The notes: generated by a model from the sequence alone, not told the origin. 64,000 bases of DNA from Thermoanaerobaculia bacterium (GCA_963666565.1 OY762911.1:2080001-2144000); one strand, 5' to 3'; shown: positions 9,741 to 19,603, counted from the first letter of the stretch. Program-made: numbers and translations.

Positions 9741-11312
9741 TCAGGCCGCGGGGTAGGTGTAGCCCGCCTGGAGGCCCAGCGGAATGCCGAGCAGCCAGTA
9801 GCCGACGAGGAAGAGCGTCCAGGTAACGAGCAGCGTGGCGGCGTACGGGATCATCAGCGACAGCACCGTGCCGATGCCTGCCTGCTTCACGTAGCGCTGG
9901 CAGAACACGACGACCAGCGGGAAGTAGGGCATGAGCGGCGTGACGATGTTCGTCACGCTGTCGCCGACCCGGTAGGCGGCCTGGGTCAGTTCGGGCGAGA
10001 TGCCGAGGTTCATCAGCATCGGCACGAAGATGACGGAGAGCACCGCCCACTTGGCGGATGCCGAGCCGACGAACAGGTTGACGACCGCCGACAGCAGAAC
10101 GATGCCGACCACCGTGACCTGCGCCGGCAGCCCGAGGTCGCGCAGGAAGTTCGCGCCCTTGAGCGCGATCAGCAGGCCGACGTTCGAGCTGCTGAAGGCG
10201 GCGATGAACTGGGCGGCGAAGAAGGCCATGACCAGGTAGTAGGCCATCGTGCGCATTGCGTCGCTCATGCCGTCGACGATGTCGCGGTGGGTCTTCACCG
10301 TGCCGGCGACGTAGCCGTGGACGACGCCGGGAATGAGGAAGAAGACGAAGATCAGCGGCACCAGCATCTGCATCAGCGGCGCCGAGAACGCGGTCAGTTC
10401 GCCGGCATCGCTGCGGAGCGGCGACGCCGCGGGCCACGCCCAGAGGAAGAGGACGAGCAGGCCGATCGCCGCCGACCCCATGCCGGCGAGGAAGCCCAGC
10501 CGGTCCTTGCGGCTCGGTTCCTCCATCTTCGGCATCTCGTCCGGGTCGCCGTCGATCTCGGTGCCGCGGAGGCGCGGTTCGATCACTCGGTCGGTCAGGT
10601 ACCAGCCGACGGCGACCACGAGGATGGAGGACAGCGCGGTGAACAGCAGGTTGCAGAGCGGGTTGACCAGGACTTCGGGATCGAGGATCTGGGCCGCGGA
10701 CTGCGTGAAGCCCTGGAGCAGCGGATCGATGCCCGACGGGATGAAGTTGGCCGAGAAGCCGCCCGAGACGCCGGCGAACGCCGCCGAGATGCCCGCGAGC
10801 GGATGGCGGCCGGCCGCGTAGAAGATGACTCCGCCGAGCGGGATGACGAGCACGTAGCCGGCGTCGGCCGCCGTGTGGCTGACGATCGCGGCGAGGATCA
10901 GCATCGGCGTCAGCAGGCTCCTCGGCGTGAAGCCGAGGATCAGCCGCAGGCCGGTGTTGATGAAGCCCGTCTTCTCGGCCACGCCGACGCCCAGAAGCGC
11001 GACCAGCACGACCCCCAGCGGCGCGAACCCGGTGAACGTCGTCACCAGTTGCGCCATGAACGTCGCCAGCGCCTCGCCGGTGAGCTGGTTCTGGATCCGG
11101 ACCGGTTCGCCCGTGACCGGGTGGATGTCCGCGAACTGGACCGGCGCCAGCAGCGCCGAGGCGATCCAGGTCAGGAACAGCAGGAGCAGGAAGAGGATCG
11201 CCGGGTCCGGCAGCTTGTTGCCGACGACCTCGATGGCGGTCAGGAACCGGTCGAGAAGTCCCTTCGGCTTGCCGTTGCCGGCCTTCTGCGCCTCGTCGCC
11301 TGCCTTCGCCAT
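9741..11312 (-). CDS. abgT: AbgT family transporter
   Basis: GNKLPDP, AGRHPLAG, GGFSAN, SASAKW, YRVGDS.TN.VTPLMPY motifs. Confidence 0.93.
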   Translation of the reverse strand: MAKAGDEAQKAGNGKPKGLLDRFLTAIEVVGNKLPDPAILFLLLLFLTWIASALLAPVQFADIHPVTGEPVRIQNQLTGEALATFMAQLVTTFTGFAPLGVVLVALLGVGVAEKTGFINTGLRLILGFTPRSLLTPMLILAAIVSHTAADAGYVLVIPLGGVIFYAAGRHPLAGISAAFAGVSGGFSANFIPSGIDPLLQGFTQSAAQILDPEVLVNPLCNLLFTALSSILVVAVGWYLTDRVIEPRLRGTEIDGDPDEMPKMEEPSRKDRLGFLAGMGSAAIGLLVLFLWAWPAASPLRSDAGELTAFSAPLMQMLVPLIFVFFLIPGVVHGYVAGTVKTHRDIVDGMSDAMRTMAYYLVMAFFAAQFIAAFSSSNVGLLIALKGANFLRDLGLPAQVTVVGIVLLSAVVNLFVGSASAKWAVLSVIFVPMLMNLGISPELTQAAYRVGDSVTNIVTPLMPYFPLVVVFCQRYVKQAGIGTVLSLMIPYAATLLVTWTLFLVGYWLLGIPLGLQAGYTYPAA

Positions 11313-11399
11313 ACTCGGGCTCCTCTCCCGATCATCCTGCCGTGGACGGAAGCGTCATCTTAGCGCCCGCACCTCCGCCGGGCGCACGAGTCTTCTCTG

Positions 11400-11425
11400 C
11401 TGGGTGCGCGGGTCTTCCGACCCGC
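11400..11425 (+). repeat. REP-like palindromic element copy
   Basis: CTGGGTGCGCGGGTCTTCCGACCCGC followed by the shared GCCGCGGAGCGGCG tail. Confidence 0.9.
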
Positions 11426-11511
11426 TTCCGGGCGAAGCCGCGGAGCGGCGCAGCCCGCAAAGAACGCCGCCGGCCGCAGGCCTGCGACAGTTGGACACCG
11501 TTAGCCGAGTG

Positions 11512-11575
11512 CGGCCGATTGCAAGGTTGGAGTACGGCCGATTGCAAGGTTGGGCCTCGGCTGATTGCAAGGTTG
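11512..11575. repeat. three tandem ~23-bp direct repeats
   Basis: CGGCCGATTGCAAGGTTGG / CGGCCGATTGCAAGGTTGG / CGGCTGATTGCAAGGTTGC with 4-5 bp spacers. Confidence 0.85.
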
Positions 11576-11577
11576 CG

Positions 11578-12684
11578 TCAGACGACGATCCGGCCCACTC
11601 GCTCCACGAACCAGAACGCCGCGATGATTCCGGTCGCGTAGACCGGCGCCCGTACGACGAGTTCCGGCACCACGATGCCGATCCGCTTCACCGCCGCCAC
11701 CGCCGCGAGCACTACCGCGACGACCAGGAGCTGCCCGACCTCGACGCCAACGTTGAACAGGAAGAGCGCCATGGCGATCGCCCGCTGCGGCAGGCCGATC
11801 TCGGCCAGGGCGCCGGCGAAGCCGAAGCCGTGGAGCAGGCCGAAGGCGAAGGCGATCAGCCATGGACTCTTCGTCGTGATCGGCGACCGCTGGTCCTCGG
11901 GACGCAGCAGCTCGACCGCCAGGAACAGGATGGACAGGGCGATCACCGCCTCGACCGGCGCGGAGGAGAGCTTGACCACGTCCAGCGACGACAGCGCGAG
12001 CGTGATGCTGTGCGCCAGCGTGAACGAGGTGATGACGCCGACCAGGCGCCAGGGACTGCGGACGTAGAACAGCAGCCCGATGACGAACAGGATGTGGTCG
12101 AAGCCGAACACCAGGTGCTCGACGCCGAGCCGGAAGTAGGGCAGGGCGTTGCCGGCGGCCTCCCGGTCGACCGTCGTCGTGGGCGCCTCCGGCCGGAGCA
12201 GTTGGGTGAGGCTGTCGCCGTTGGCGAAGCTCATCCGTAGCAACACGTCGGTCAGGGTGCGTTCGAGCCCGGCGATGCCGAACGTTTCGCCGTGGAAGAT
12301 GCGGTCCGGGTCGCCGTCGGCCGCCTCGCATTCGACGGTCCAGCGCTCGACCAGGGCGCCGGCCAGGTTCTCCGGCGCCTGCCGGGCGGTCTCGGCGCAG
12401 TGCTCCGGCAGCACCGGGTCGAGCAGGAGCAGCAGCGCGCCGCGGCGGGGCTGCTTCCAGACGACCTCGAACGTCCCCGGCTCGGCCTCGTTCAGTTCGA
12501 GGTAGCCGGGACGGACCTCGTGCGCGCTCGCGGGGACGACCGCCGCCAGCAGGCCGAGGAAGGCTGTCGCCAAGACCAGGAAGCCGCCCGCTGGGTGCGC
12601 GGGTCCTCTGACCCGCTGCCGGCGTAGCCGGCCAAGTACAAGCGCCGGCCGCCAGGCCGGTGTCCGCCTTGGCCGCCGGCTCAG
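11578..12684 (-). CDS. HupE/UreJ family membrane protein
   Basis: AHEVRP after the signal peptide; GVEHLVFGFDHILF, FTLAHSITL, FGLLHGFGFA, FNVGVEVGQ; start uncertain (CTG 12684 or TTG ~12573). Confidence 0.88.
   Translation of the reverse strand: MSRRPRRTPAWRPALVLGRLRRQRVRGPAHPAGGFLVLATAFLGLLAAVVPASAHEVRPGYLELNEAEPGTFEVVWKQPRRGALLLLLDPVLPEHCAETARQAPENLAGALVERWTVECEAADGDPDRIFHGETFGIAGLERTLTDVLLRMSFANGDSLTQLLRPEAPTTTVDREAAGNALPYFRLGVEHLVFGFDHILFVIGLLFYVRSPWRLVGVITSFTLAHSITLALSSLDVVKLSSAPVEAVIALSILFLAVELLRPEDQRSPITTKSPWLIAFAFGLLHGFGFAGALAEIGLPQRAIAMALFLFNVGVEVGQLLVVAVVLAAVAAVKRIGIVVPELVVRAPVYATGIIAAFWFVERVGRIVV
12591..12616 (+). repeat. REP-like element copy at or inside the 5' end of the HupE/UreJ gene
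   Basis: CTGGGTGCGCGGGTCCTCTGACCCGC. Confidence 0.85.
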
Positions 12685-13613
12685 GGCTCGTCTCCCGCCG
12701 CTTCCGCCTCCGCTTCCGCACCGCCTTCCAGCTCGGACACGAAGTCGATCTCCTCGATCTCCACCCGGTAGCGCTCCCGCAGGCGGTCGTGCTCGGCCCG
12801 GTTCGCGGCGTCGCGGGCGTCGCGCCGGGCGTCCTCCAGCACGCGCCGGCGGACATCGTCGAACACCGCCGGCTCGGCCCGGGTGCGGGCGGAGAGGCGC
12901 ACGACGTGGAAGCCGTACGCGGACTCGACCGGTCCCGCCCACTCGCCGAGGGGCAGGTCGTCGAGCGCCTCGACGAAGGCGCCGCCGAACAGCTCGGCGA
13001 GGTCCTCGGCGGTGCGGCGCCCGTACTCGCGGCGGAGCATGAAGGGGTCCCCCAGCCGCCGCCAGAGCGTGTTCTCGGGTGCGGCGTCGTTGCCTTCGGC
13101 GCGGAGCTCATCGAGGATCCCGTTTGCGGCCCGCAAGGCCACCTCGTCGCTGCCGCGGCGGTCGGGGCTGACGTAGACGTGGCGGAGCGTGAAGCGTTGC
13201 GGATCCCCGTAACGGTCCGCGTTCTCCTCGAAGTACCGCTCCAGGTCGGCGTCCGAGACCGCGTCCGAGACCACCGTGTCCTCGATCAGGAAGGACATCT
13301 TCTGGGCCAGCCGGCGGCGGACGATCGTGTCGTCCGCGTCCAGGCCCATGCGCACCGCCTCGCGGACGAGGATCTCCTCCCGGACGTGGTCCTCGACCAG
13401 CGAGTCCAGCTCGGCCGCCGTCGGCAGCCGGCCGATCTGCGCGCTCCAGAGGTCGGCCAGCCGGATCACCTGCGCCCGGGACACGACGATCGTCCGGCTC
13501 TCGGCGTCGAAGACCCCGCCGAACATCCGGTCGAGCGCGAACACGCCGACGCCGATGACGAGGAACACGAAAAGCGGGTCGCGAACGAACCGGCGGAGTC
13601 GCGAATCGGGCAT
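12681..13613 (-). CDS. PpiC-type peptidyl-prolyl isomerase-like protein
   Basis: N-terminal TM (RDPLFVFLVIG), EEILVREA..GLD.DD.IVRRRL.QKM, W.GPVESAYGFHVV. Confidence 0.85.
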   Translation of the reverse strand: MPDSRLRRFVRDPLFVFLVIGVGVFALDRMFGGVFDAESRTIVVSRAQVIRLADLWSAQIGRLPTAAELDSLVEDHVREEILVREAVRMGLDADDTIVRRRLAQKMSFLIEDTVVSDAVSDADLERYFEENADRYGDPQRFTLRHVYVSPDRRGSDEVALRAANGILDELRAEGNDAAPENTLWRRLGDPFMLRREYGRRTAEDLAELFGGAFVEALDDLPLGEWAGPVESAYGFHVVRLSARTRAEPAVFDDVRRRVLEDARRDARDAANRAEHDRLRERYRVEIEEIDFVSELEGGAEAEAEAAGDEP

Positions 13614-13694
13614 GACGGGGAATACTACGCTCTCCACGCCGGCCGGCGGTTCGGCCGGCGGGACTCGAACGCAGCGGTCGGGAGGAGTGTCGAG

Positions 13695-14900
13695 ATGACG
13701 AACGAACGAGACGGCGCTGGTGGAGGACCCACGACGATGTCGCGCACTGGGTGCGCCGCCCCCGCCGGGAAACGGTCGCACACTGGGTGCGCGGGTCCTC
13801 TGACCCGCTGCCGCCAAAGGCGGCCAGGGAATCGCGTCGGCCTCCGTCCGGCGACGAGTCTCCTCCTCCCCGCCTGGCCCCTCCTCGCCGCCTGCCTCCT
13901 CCTCGCCTCCGTGTCCCCCGCGGCCGCCCAGCCCGGCGCCGGCGCCGCCACCGCCACCGCCACCGAACGCGAGAAGGTCCTCTTCGACTGCGACATCGGC
14001 TCCGACATCGACGACGCCTACGCCCTGGCGCTGCTGCTCGCGAGCCCGGAGATCGAGCTCGTCGGCATCACGGTCGGCCACGCCCGCACCGCGGACCGCG
14101 CGCCGCTGGCGCTGCGGATGCTCCGGGATACCGGCCTGGACCGCATCCCGGTGTACGTCGGCCGCGAGACGCCGCTCGTCACCCTGCGCGACGGCAGGCC
14201 GCACGAGCAGTTCAGCGAAGCGCCGTACAACCGGCAGTTCCACTGGGCGCGCGGCTTCGACGAGCTGCGTCCCCAGGAACAGCCGGCCGCCGAGTTCATC
14301 GTCGAGACACTGAACGCCGCGCCGGGCGAGATCACGCTGCTCACCGTCGGCCCGGTGACGAACGTCGGCGACGCACTGGAACTCGACCCGGACGTTCTCA
14401 CGAACGCGAAGCGCGTCGTCTCGATGTACGGCTCCATCCGGTCCGGCTACGACGGCGGCGACGCGCAGCGGGAGTGGAACGTCCTGGCCGACGCCGCCTC
14501 GTCGCGCGTTTTCGACGCGGGCGTGCAGGCCGGCGGCGCCGACGTGGTCTACATCCCGCTCGACGTGACGGACCATGTCCGCCTCGATGCCGAGCGTCGC
14601 CTCCACCTGCACATGCGCGGCACGCCGCTGACCGACGCGGTCACCGCGCTCTACTCCCTGTGGCGGAACGAGGAGCGGAACCAGACGACGCCGCGCCTGT
14701 TCGACGCGGTCGCCGTCGGCTACCTGCTGTGGCCCGACCTGTTCGGCGTCGAGCATGGCCGCGTTACGGTCGATGAACGGAGCATGACCCTGTTCGATCC
14801 CGGCGCGGAACCGGCCTCGACCGTCGCGCTCGAGATCGACGACGCGGCGTTCATCCAGCGGATGATGGACCGCTTCCTGGAGCAGAACCTCCACCGGTAG
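13695..14900 (+). CDS. nucleoside hydrolase (IU-NH family), probably exported
   Basis: DCDIGSDIDDAYAL, GPVTNV, EWNV, PLDVT, LFDAVAV; hydrophobic signal before the domain; start uncertain. Confidence 0.85.
   Translation: MTNERDGAGGGPTTMSRTGCAAPAGKRSHTGCAGPLTRCRQRRPGNRVGLRPATSLLLPAWPLLAACLLLASVSPAAAQPGAGAATATATEREKVLFDCDIGSDIDDAYALALLLASPEIELVGITVGHARTADRAPLALRMLRDTGLDRIPVYVGRETPLVTLRDGRPHEQFSEAPYNRQFHWARGFDELRPQEQPAAEFIVETLNAAPGEITLLTVGPVTNVGDALELDPDVLTNAKRVVSMYGSIRSGYDGGDAQREWNVLADAASSRVFDAGVQAGGADVVYIPLDVTDHVRLDAERRLHLHMRGTPLTDAVTALYSLWRNEERNQTTPRLFDAVAVGYLLWPDLFGVEHGRVTVDERSMTLFDPGAEPASTVALEIDDAAFIQRMMDRFLEQNLHR
13783..13808 (+). repeat. REP-like element copy
   Basis: CTGGGTGCGCGGGTCCTCTGACCCGC. 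Confidence 0.85.
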
Positions 14901-14903
14901 CGA

Positions 14904-15090
14904 CCGGGTGCGCGGGCCTGCCATCCCGCTTGGTGCGCGGGTCTTCCGACCCGCTGCCGCCGCGGGCGGCTGCCAGTAACGTCGCCGGCTGCAGCCGGCG
15001 GCCTTGTTCTCCGGCCTCCGCCGCTCCGCGGCTCCGGCCGCCAGGCGGGTCGGAAGACCCGCGCACCCAGCGCACCCAGCGCACCCAGCG
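14904..15090. repeat. REPIN/BIME-like unit: inverted REP pair between convergent genes
   Basis: Forward REP at 14929-14954, reverse REP at 15045-15070, a degenerate copy at 14904 and tandem CGCACCCAG tails. Confidence 0.85.
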
Positions 15091-15101
15091 GACCTTGGGC
15101 G

Positions 15102-16292
15102 CTACATCGAGGCCAGCAGCTCCCCCAACTGCTCCAAACTTGAGAGGTTGTGAACCGGCAGAAAGTCGTCGACGTGCGGCAGGGCCGCCACGATGCCGCG
15201 GGTCAACGGCCGGTAGTCCGGCGAGCCGAGCAGCGGGTTGAGCCAGATCAGGCGGTGGCAACTCCGGTGCAGACGTTCCATCTCGCGGCCGAGCAAGTCG
15301 ATGTCGCCGCGGTCCCAGCCGTCGCTGATGATGAGGACGGCGGCGCCCTGGCCGAGCAGGCGCCGGCTCCAGGTGAAGTTGAACTCCCGCAGCGCCTCGC
15401 CGGTGCGGGTGCCGCCGCCCCAGTCCTCGATGCGGTGGGCGGCGCTCTCCAGGGCCCGGTCGACGTCGCGTTCGGCCAGTTCCCGGGTCAGCCGCGTTAG
15501 CCGGGTGCCGAAGGCGAACGACTCCACCCGCGAGATGCCCGGATCGGCCGAGCGCGGATGCGAAACGGCGTAGATGAAGTGGAGCAGCAGCCGCGAGTAG
15601 GGCTCCATCGAGCCCGAGATGTCGCAGAGCAGGACCAGCGGACGGCGGCGGTGCTTGCGGTCGCGGCCGACGAGATGGATCAGTTCGCCGCCGTGGGCCA
15701 GGTTGCGCCGGAGCGTACGCCGCAGGTCGAGCCGGTGGCGGCCGCGGCTCGGCCGAAGGCGCCGCGTGCGGCGGGTCTCGAGCTCCCAGTGCATCGTCGC
15801 CATCAGCCGCTTGATCTCGTCCAGCTCCTCGCCCTCGAGCTGTGCGAAGTCCTTCCGGCGCAACGCCTCCCGGGCGCTGTAGAGCTGCGCGCGGGCGGTG
15901 CGGTCGCGGTCGTCCGCGCGGTCTTCGCCGGCGTCCCTGTCGTTGAGCGCCAGCTTCTGGATCGCGGCTCGCTTCGTTCGCTCGGTCCGGCGCTGGATCA
16001 TCAAGCCCAGTTCGAGCTGCTCTAGCTCCCGCGGGTCGCGCGCCTGCCAGAACAGCTCGAAGGCCTTGTCGAACCACGGAAGGTCGCGCCGCCGGCTGAC
16101 CAGGACCGCCCGGGCAGCCGCCTTCACGTCGCTCTTGCGGGCGAGGTCGACCAGTTCGAGCGCGGCGACCCAGTCGCGGAGCTGGGTCGGCGTCACGTCC
16201 AGGCTGCCGACGCGCAGCAGACGTCCGAAGAGGACAATGTTGCGGAGCAGGTGGCCGCGGGCTGCCGCGGCAGCCGTCGGGCCTTCAGTCAC
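15102..16292 (-). CDS. CoxE-like VWA domain protein
   Basis: LDLRRTLR, MIDAS motif CDISGSM, FGTRLT, WGGGTR.G, ISDGWD, WLNPL. Confidence 0.9.
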   Translation of the reverse strand: MTEGPTAAAAARGHLLRNIVLFGRLLRVGSLDVTPTQLRDWVAALELVDLARKSDVKAAARAVLVSRRRDLPWFDKAFELFWQARDPRELEQLELGLMIQRRTERTKRAAIQKLALNDRDAGEDRADDRDRTARAQLYSAREALRRKDFAQLEGEELDEIKRLMATMHWELETRRTRRLRPSRGRHRLDLRRTLRRNLAHGGELIHLVGRDRKHRRRPLVLLCDISGSMEPYSRLLLHFIYAVSHPRSADPGISRVESFAFGTRLTRLTRELAERDVDRALESAAHRIEDWGGGTRTGEALREFNFTWSRRLLGQGAAVLIISDGWDRGDIDLLGREMERLHRSCHRLIWLNPLLGSPDYRPLTRGIVAALPHVDDFLPVHNLSSLEQLGELLASM

Positions 16293-17286
16293 TTGGTGAC
16301 TGGCTCTTCCGCAGCAGCCGGCGCACCGCCTCGTCGTCGACCTTGTCGAGATCGTCCTGGTACTTCAGCAGAACGCCCAGGGTGTCGCGCAGGATCCGGT
16401 CCGAGAGCGTTTCCTGGTCGAGGGCGATCAGGGCGTTCGTCCAGTCCAGCGTTTCGGCGACGCCGGGATGTTTGAACAGGTCCTCCTCGCGGAGCGCCTG
16501 GACCAGGCGGACGATCTCGGCGGCGAAGTGTTCGGGCGCCTCGGGGACGCGGCGCAGGACGATCTGGACTTCCTTCTCGTAGTCGGGGAAGTCGATCCAG
16601 TGGTAGAGGCAGCGTCGCTTCAGCGCGTCGTGGACTTCGCGGGTGCGGTTCGAGGTGACGACGGCGACCGGCGGCCGTTCGGCGGCGACGGTGCCGATCT
16701 CGGGGATCGTGATCTGGAAGTCGGCCAGGATCTCCAGCAGGTAGGCCTCGAACTCCTCGTCGGCGCGGTCCAGTTCGTCGATCAGCAGTACGGGCGGGGC
16801 TTGGCCCGCGCGGCTCTGCCGGACGGCGCGCAGCAGCGGCCGTTCGAGCAGGAAGTCGGAGGAGAAGACGTCGTCGACGGCGGCGCGCGCGTCGCCGGGG
16901 CCGCCGCCTCGGCCGGGACCGCCACCTCCGCCGGGGCCTCCGCCGGCGCCGCCGGCCGCCTCCACGCCGCGCAGGTGGAGCAGTTGCCGGCGGTAGTTCC
17001 ACTCGTAGACGGCGGTCGAGACGTCGAGTCCCTCGTAGCACTGGAGCCGGATCAGCTCCGATCCGAGGCAGCGGGCGAGAGCCTTGGCGACCTCCGTCTT
17101 GCCGACGCCGGGCTCGCCCTCGAGGAAAATCGGCTTGCCCATGCTGAGCGACAGGTAGATCGCGGTGGCGAGGTCGCGCTCGGCGATGTAGTCCTCGGCC
17201 CGGAGCGCCGCGACGACGGCGTCGACGTCGGGGAAGCCGGGGTCCGTGCGGTGGCTGGAGCGCTGGAAATCGGGCGAGACGGTCAT
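16285..17286 (-). CDS. CoxD-like MoxR AAA+ ATPase
   Basis: Walker A GEPGVGKT, RLQCYEG, Walker B LLIDELD, TSNRTRE.HDALKRRC. Confidence 0.92.
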   Translation of the reverse strand: MTVSPDFQRSSHRTDPGFPDVDAVVAALRAEDYIAERDLATAIYLSLSMGKPIFLEGEPGVGKTEVAKALARCLGSELIRLQCYEGLDVSTAVYEWNYRRQLLHLRGVEAAGGAGGGPGGGGGPGRGGGPGDARAAVDDVFSSDFLLERPLLRAVRQSRAGQAPPVLLIDELDRADEEFEAYLLEILADFQITIPEIGTVAAERPPVAVVTSNRTREVHDALKRRCLYHWIDFPDYEKEVQIVLRRVPEAPEHFAAEIVRLVQALREEDLFKHPGVAETLDWTNALIALDQETLSDRILRDTLGVLLKYQDDLDKVDDEAVRRLLRKSQSPSD

Positions 17287-17334
17287 GGTCCTGGAGGCCG
17301 CGGCAGGCTATCGCAGGCGGTGTCCGCCTTTCCG

Positions 17335-17476
17335 CTGGGTGCGCGGGTCTTCCGACCCGCTGTCGGGCGGAGCCGCGAAGCGGCGCAGCCCGAACAAGAA
17401 GGCCGCCGGCCAACGGCCGGCGACGATGCTGGACGCCGCCTTCGGCGGCAGCGGGTCGGAAGACCCGCGCACCCAG
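17335..17476. repeat. REPIN/BIME-like unit: inverted REP pair
   Basis: Forward REP at 17335-17360 and reverse REP at 17451-17476; the spacer resembles that of the 14929-15070 unit in opposite orientation. Confidence 0.88.
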
Positions 17477-17492
17477 CGCTTGCACCCGGCGG

Positions 17493-18980
17493 CTACAGGT
17501 CGATGATCGCGTCGATCTCGGGCGGCAGCGGCTTCGGTTTCGACAGCAGGGAGATGCCGAAGAAGAGCGTCATCGACAGGAGCAGCGAGATGGCGCCGCC
17601 GTGAATGCCGTGGGGCACGCTGATATCGGCGATCTCGATGACGAAGTTGACCAGCAAGCCGGAGACGATCGCCACGTTCGCCGCCAGCGGCGTCGCCCGT
17701 TTCCAGTTGAAGCCGATCGCTACCGTCGGCACCAACGCCGCCGCGAACGTGCCCCAGCCGAAGGCGCCGAGCAGGGCGACCAGGTCCGAGCTCGACAGGC
17801 TCACGAAGAGCGCCGCGAACACGGCCAGCACGAGGGTCGCCACGCGCGCCCAGAAGAGTTCCTTCTTCAGCGGCCTGCCGGTGATCGCCTTCGGAATGTC
17901 GTGGATGATCGCCGCGGCGCCGATGTTCAGGAAGCCGTCCGCGGTCGACATGATCGCCGCGAAGAGCGCGGCGAAGACGATGCCCGCCAGGATCGGGTGC
18001 GCGTACGACTGGAGGAACGCGTAGGCCGCGTCGTCGGGCTGGCCGAGTTCGGGATGGTCGCCGGCCACGACCAGCGCCCGCATGGCGAAGCCGATCGCGA
18101 TCCAAAGCAGCGCCGCGAGCACGCCGGCGATCGCGCTGACCAGGAAGATCTGCTTGAACTGGCGAATCCGCTTGTTCATCATCAGCTTGGTGACGATGTG
18201 GGGTTGCCCGCAGGCGCCGACGACGAACAGGAAGTAGTACGACAGTGCCCCCATGATGCCGAGGGTGCCCCACGGTCCGATCGCCTCCGGGTCGTCGTTC
18301 ACCAGCGTCGTCGCGCCGCCGGCGAGGCCGCCATCGACCGCGTTGACGGCCGCGACCACCACCAGCACGCCCGCGATCGCCATCACCGCGCCCTGCACGA
18401 CGTCCGTGTAGACGCCGGCGATGATGCCGCCGGTCACGCAGTAGAAGACGAGCACGGCGACCGAGATCGCCATCGAGGCGCCCAGGCTGACGTGCGGCAT
18501 GCCGTCGACGCTGTTCAGGATCTCCTGCAGCACGACCGCCATCGCCATGACCTGCGCGGCCAGGTAGCCGACGACCCCGAGGATGATCGCAACCGCCGTC
18601 AGGAACCGGCTCGTTTCGCTCTGGTAGCGGAGCGCCACCGTGTCCGGCAGCGAAACCGTCCGGTACACCTCCGAGAAGATGCGGAGCCGCTTCGCCACCA
18701 GGAAGAAGGTGAAGCAGCTCGCCACCGTGCCGCAGACGATCATCCACACGGACGTCATGCCCTGGCTGTAGACCAGGCCGGGGCCGCCCACGAAGCCGAA
18801 CCCGGAGAGCGTGCTGGAGAACAGGGCGAACGCGGTCACGATGATGCCGAGCTCCCGCCCGGCCATGAAGAAGTCGTGGGACGACTTCGTGCGCCTGAGC
18901 GCCCAGACGCCGACGCCGATGCACAGCGCGAAGTAGATGAGGAGGCAGGTCAGGACGACCGCGTTGCGACTCTCCTCCAT
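17493..18980 (-). CDS. sodium:solute symporter (PutP/PanF-like)
   Basis: DFFMAGR, SGFGFVGGPG, YTDVVQG, GQPH, AAIMSTAD; many TM helices. Confidence 0.92.
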   Translation of the reverse strand: MEESRNAVVLTCLLIYFALCIGVGVWALRRTKSSHDFFMAGRELGIIVTAFALFSSTLSGFGFVGGPGLVYSQGMTSVWMIVCGTVASCFTFFLVAKRLRIFSEVYRTVSLPDTVALRYQSETSRFLTAVAIILGVVGYLAAQVMAMAVVLQEILNSVDGMPHVSLGASMAISVAVLVFYCVTGGIIAGVYTDVVQGAVMAIAGVLVVVAAVNAVDGGLAGGATTLVNDDPEAIGPWGTLGIMGALSYYFLFVVGACGQPHIVTKLMMNKRIRQFKQIFLVSAIAGVLAALLWIAIGFAMRALVVAGDHPELGQPDDAAYAFLQSYAHPILAGIVFAALFAAIMSTADGFLNIGAAAIIHDIPKAITGRPLKKELFWARVATLVLAVFAALFVSLSSSDLVALLGAFGWGTFAAALVPTVAIGFNWKRATPLAANVAIVSGLLVNFVIEIADISVPHGIHGGAISLLLSMTLFFGISLLSKPKPLPPEIDAIIDL

Positions 18981-19603
18981 CAGCCGCCTCCCGCTCCCGC
19001 CGCGCCGCCGCCGGCTTCAAGCTCCTTCCGGCCCTCGCTCTCCCTCTGTCGCTGCGCCGCGGCGAGCTCCGCCACCTTCCGCTCGTCCTCCTCCGTGAAG
19101 AACCAGCGGTCGAAGATCCGCATGTACACGAACATGAGGTACACGGGGAAGGGCCAGACCGCGTAGAACACCCACGCCGTCGGCCTCGGGAAGCCGAGGA
19201 ACAGGGCGTGCGTTTCCCCGGCCGCGTAGCGCTGGTACGAGAAGACGAGCGCGGTGAAGATCGCCGCCAGTACCAGGGTGCCGACGATCAGCGGCTGCTT
19301 CGCCGGCCCCAGGGAGGCGCCGCCGTCCTTGCGCCGCTCCATTCCCATCGCCAGGCAGCCGCCGAAGAACAGCACCTGCAGGAGGATGAAGGCCCAGCCG
19401 ATCCACAGCGTCGTGGCGTGACGTTCCGCGCCCGGCCCGCCCTGGCGCATCGTGGAGAAGCGGTCGTGCTGGAAGCCGCTGCCGCTCACGACCTGCTCGG
19501 TCGCGCCGTCCTGTACGGCCACCTCCGTCGGCGCCACGAACGCCGCGCCGACGGCGAGGCACATGCCGATCAGGGTGAGGAAGACGAACCAGTGCAGCTT
19601 CAT
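18980..19603 (-). CDS. membrane protein, symporter-associated
   Basis: Four hydrophobic segments; 1-bp overlap with the symporter start. Confidence 0.75.
   Translation of the reverse strand: MKLHWFVFLTLIGMCLAVGAAFVAPTEVAVQDGATEQVVSGSGFQHDRFSTMRQGGPGAERHATTLWIGWAFILLQVLFFGGCLAMGMERRKDGGASLGPAKQPLIVGTLVLAAIFTALVFSYQRYAAGETHALFLGFPRPTAWVFYAVWPFPVYLMFVYMRIFDRWFFTEEDERKVAELAAAQRQRESEGRKELEAGGGAAGAGGG

Noticed and set aside
11512-11575. Mini CRISPR array
   Set aside because: Spacers are only 4-5 bp and no cas genes are present.
5817-17476. REP copies as CRISPR repeats or intrinsic terminators
   Set aside because: They are dispersed in both orientations with no regular spacers and no poly-T tails.
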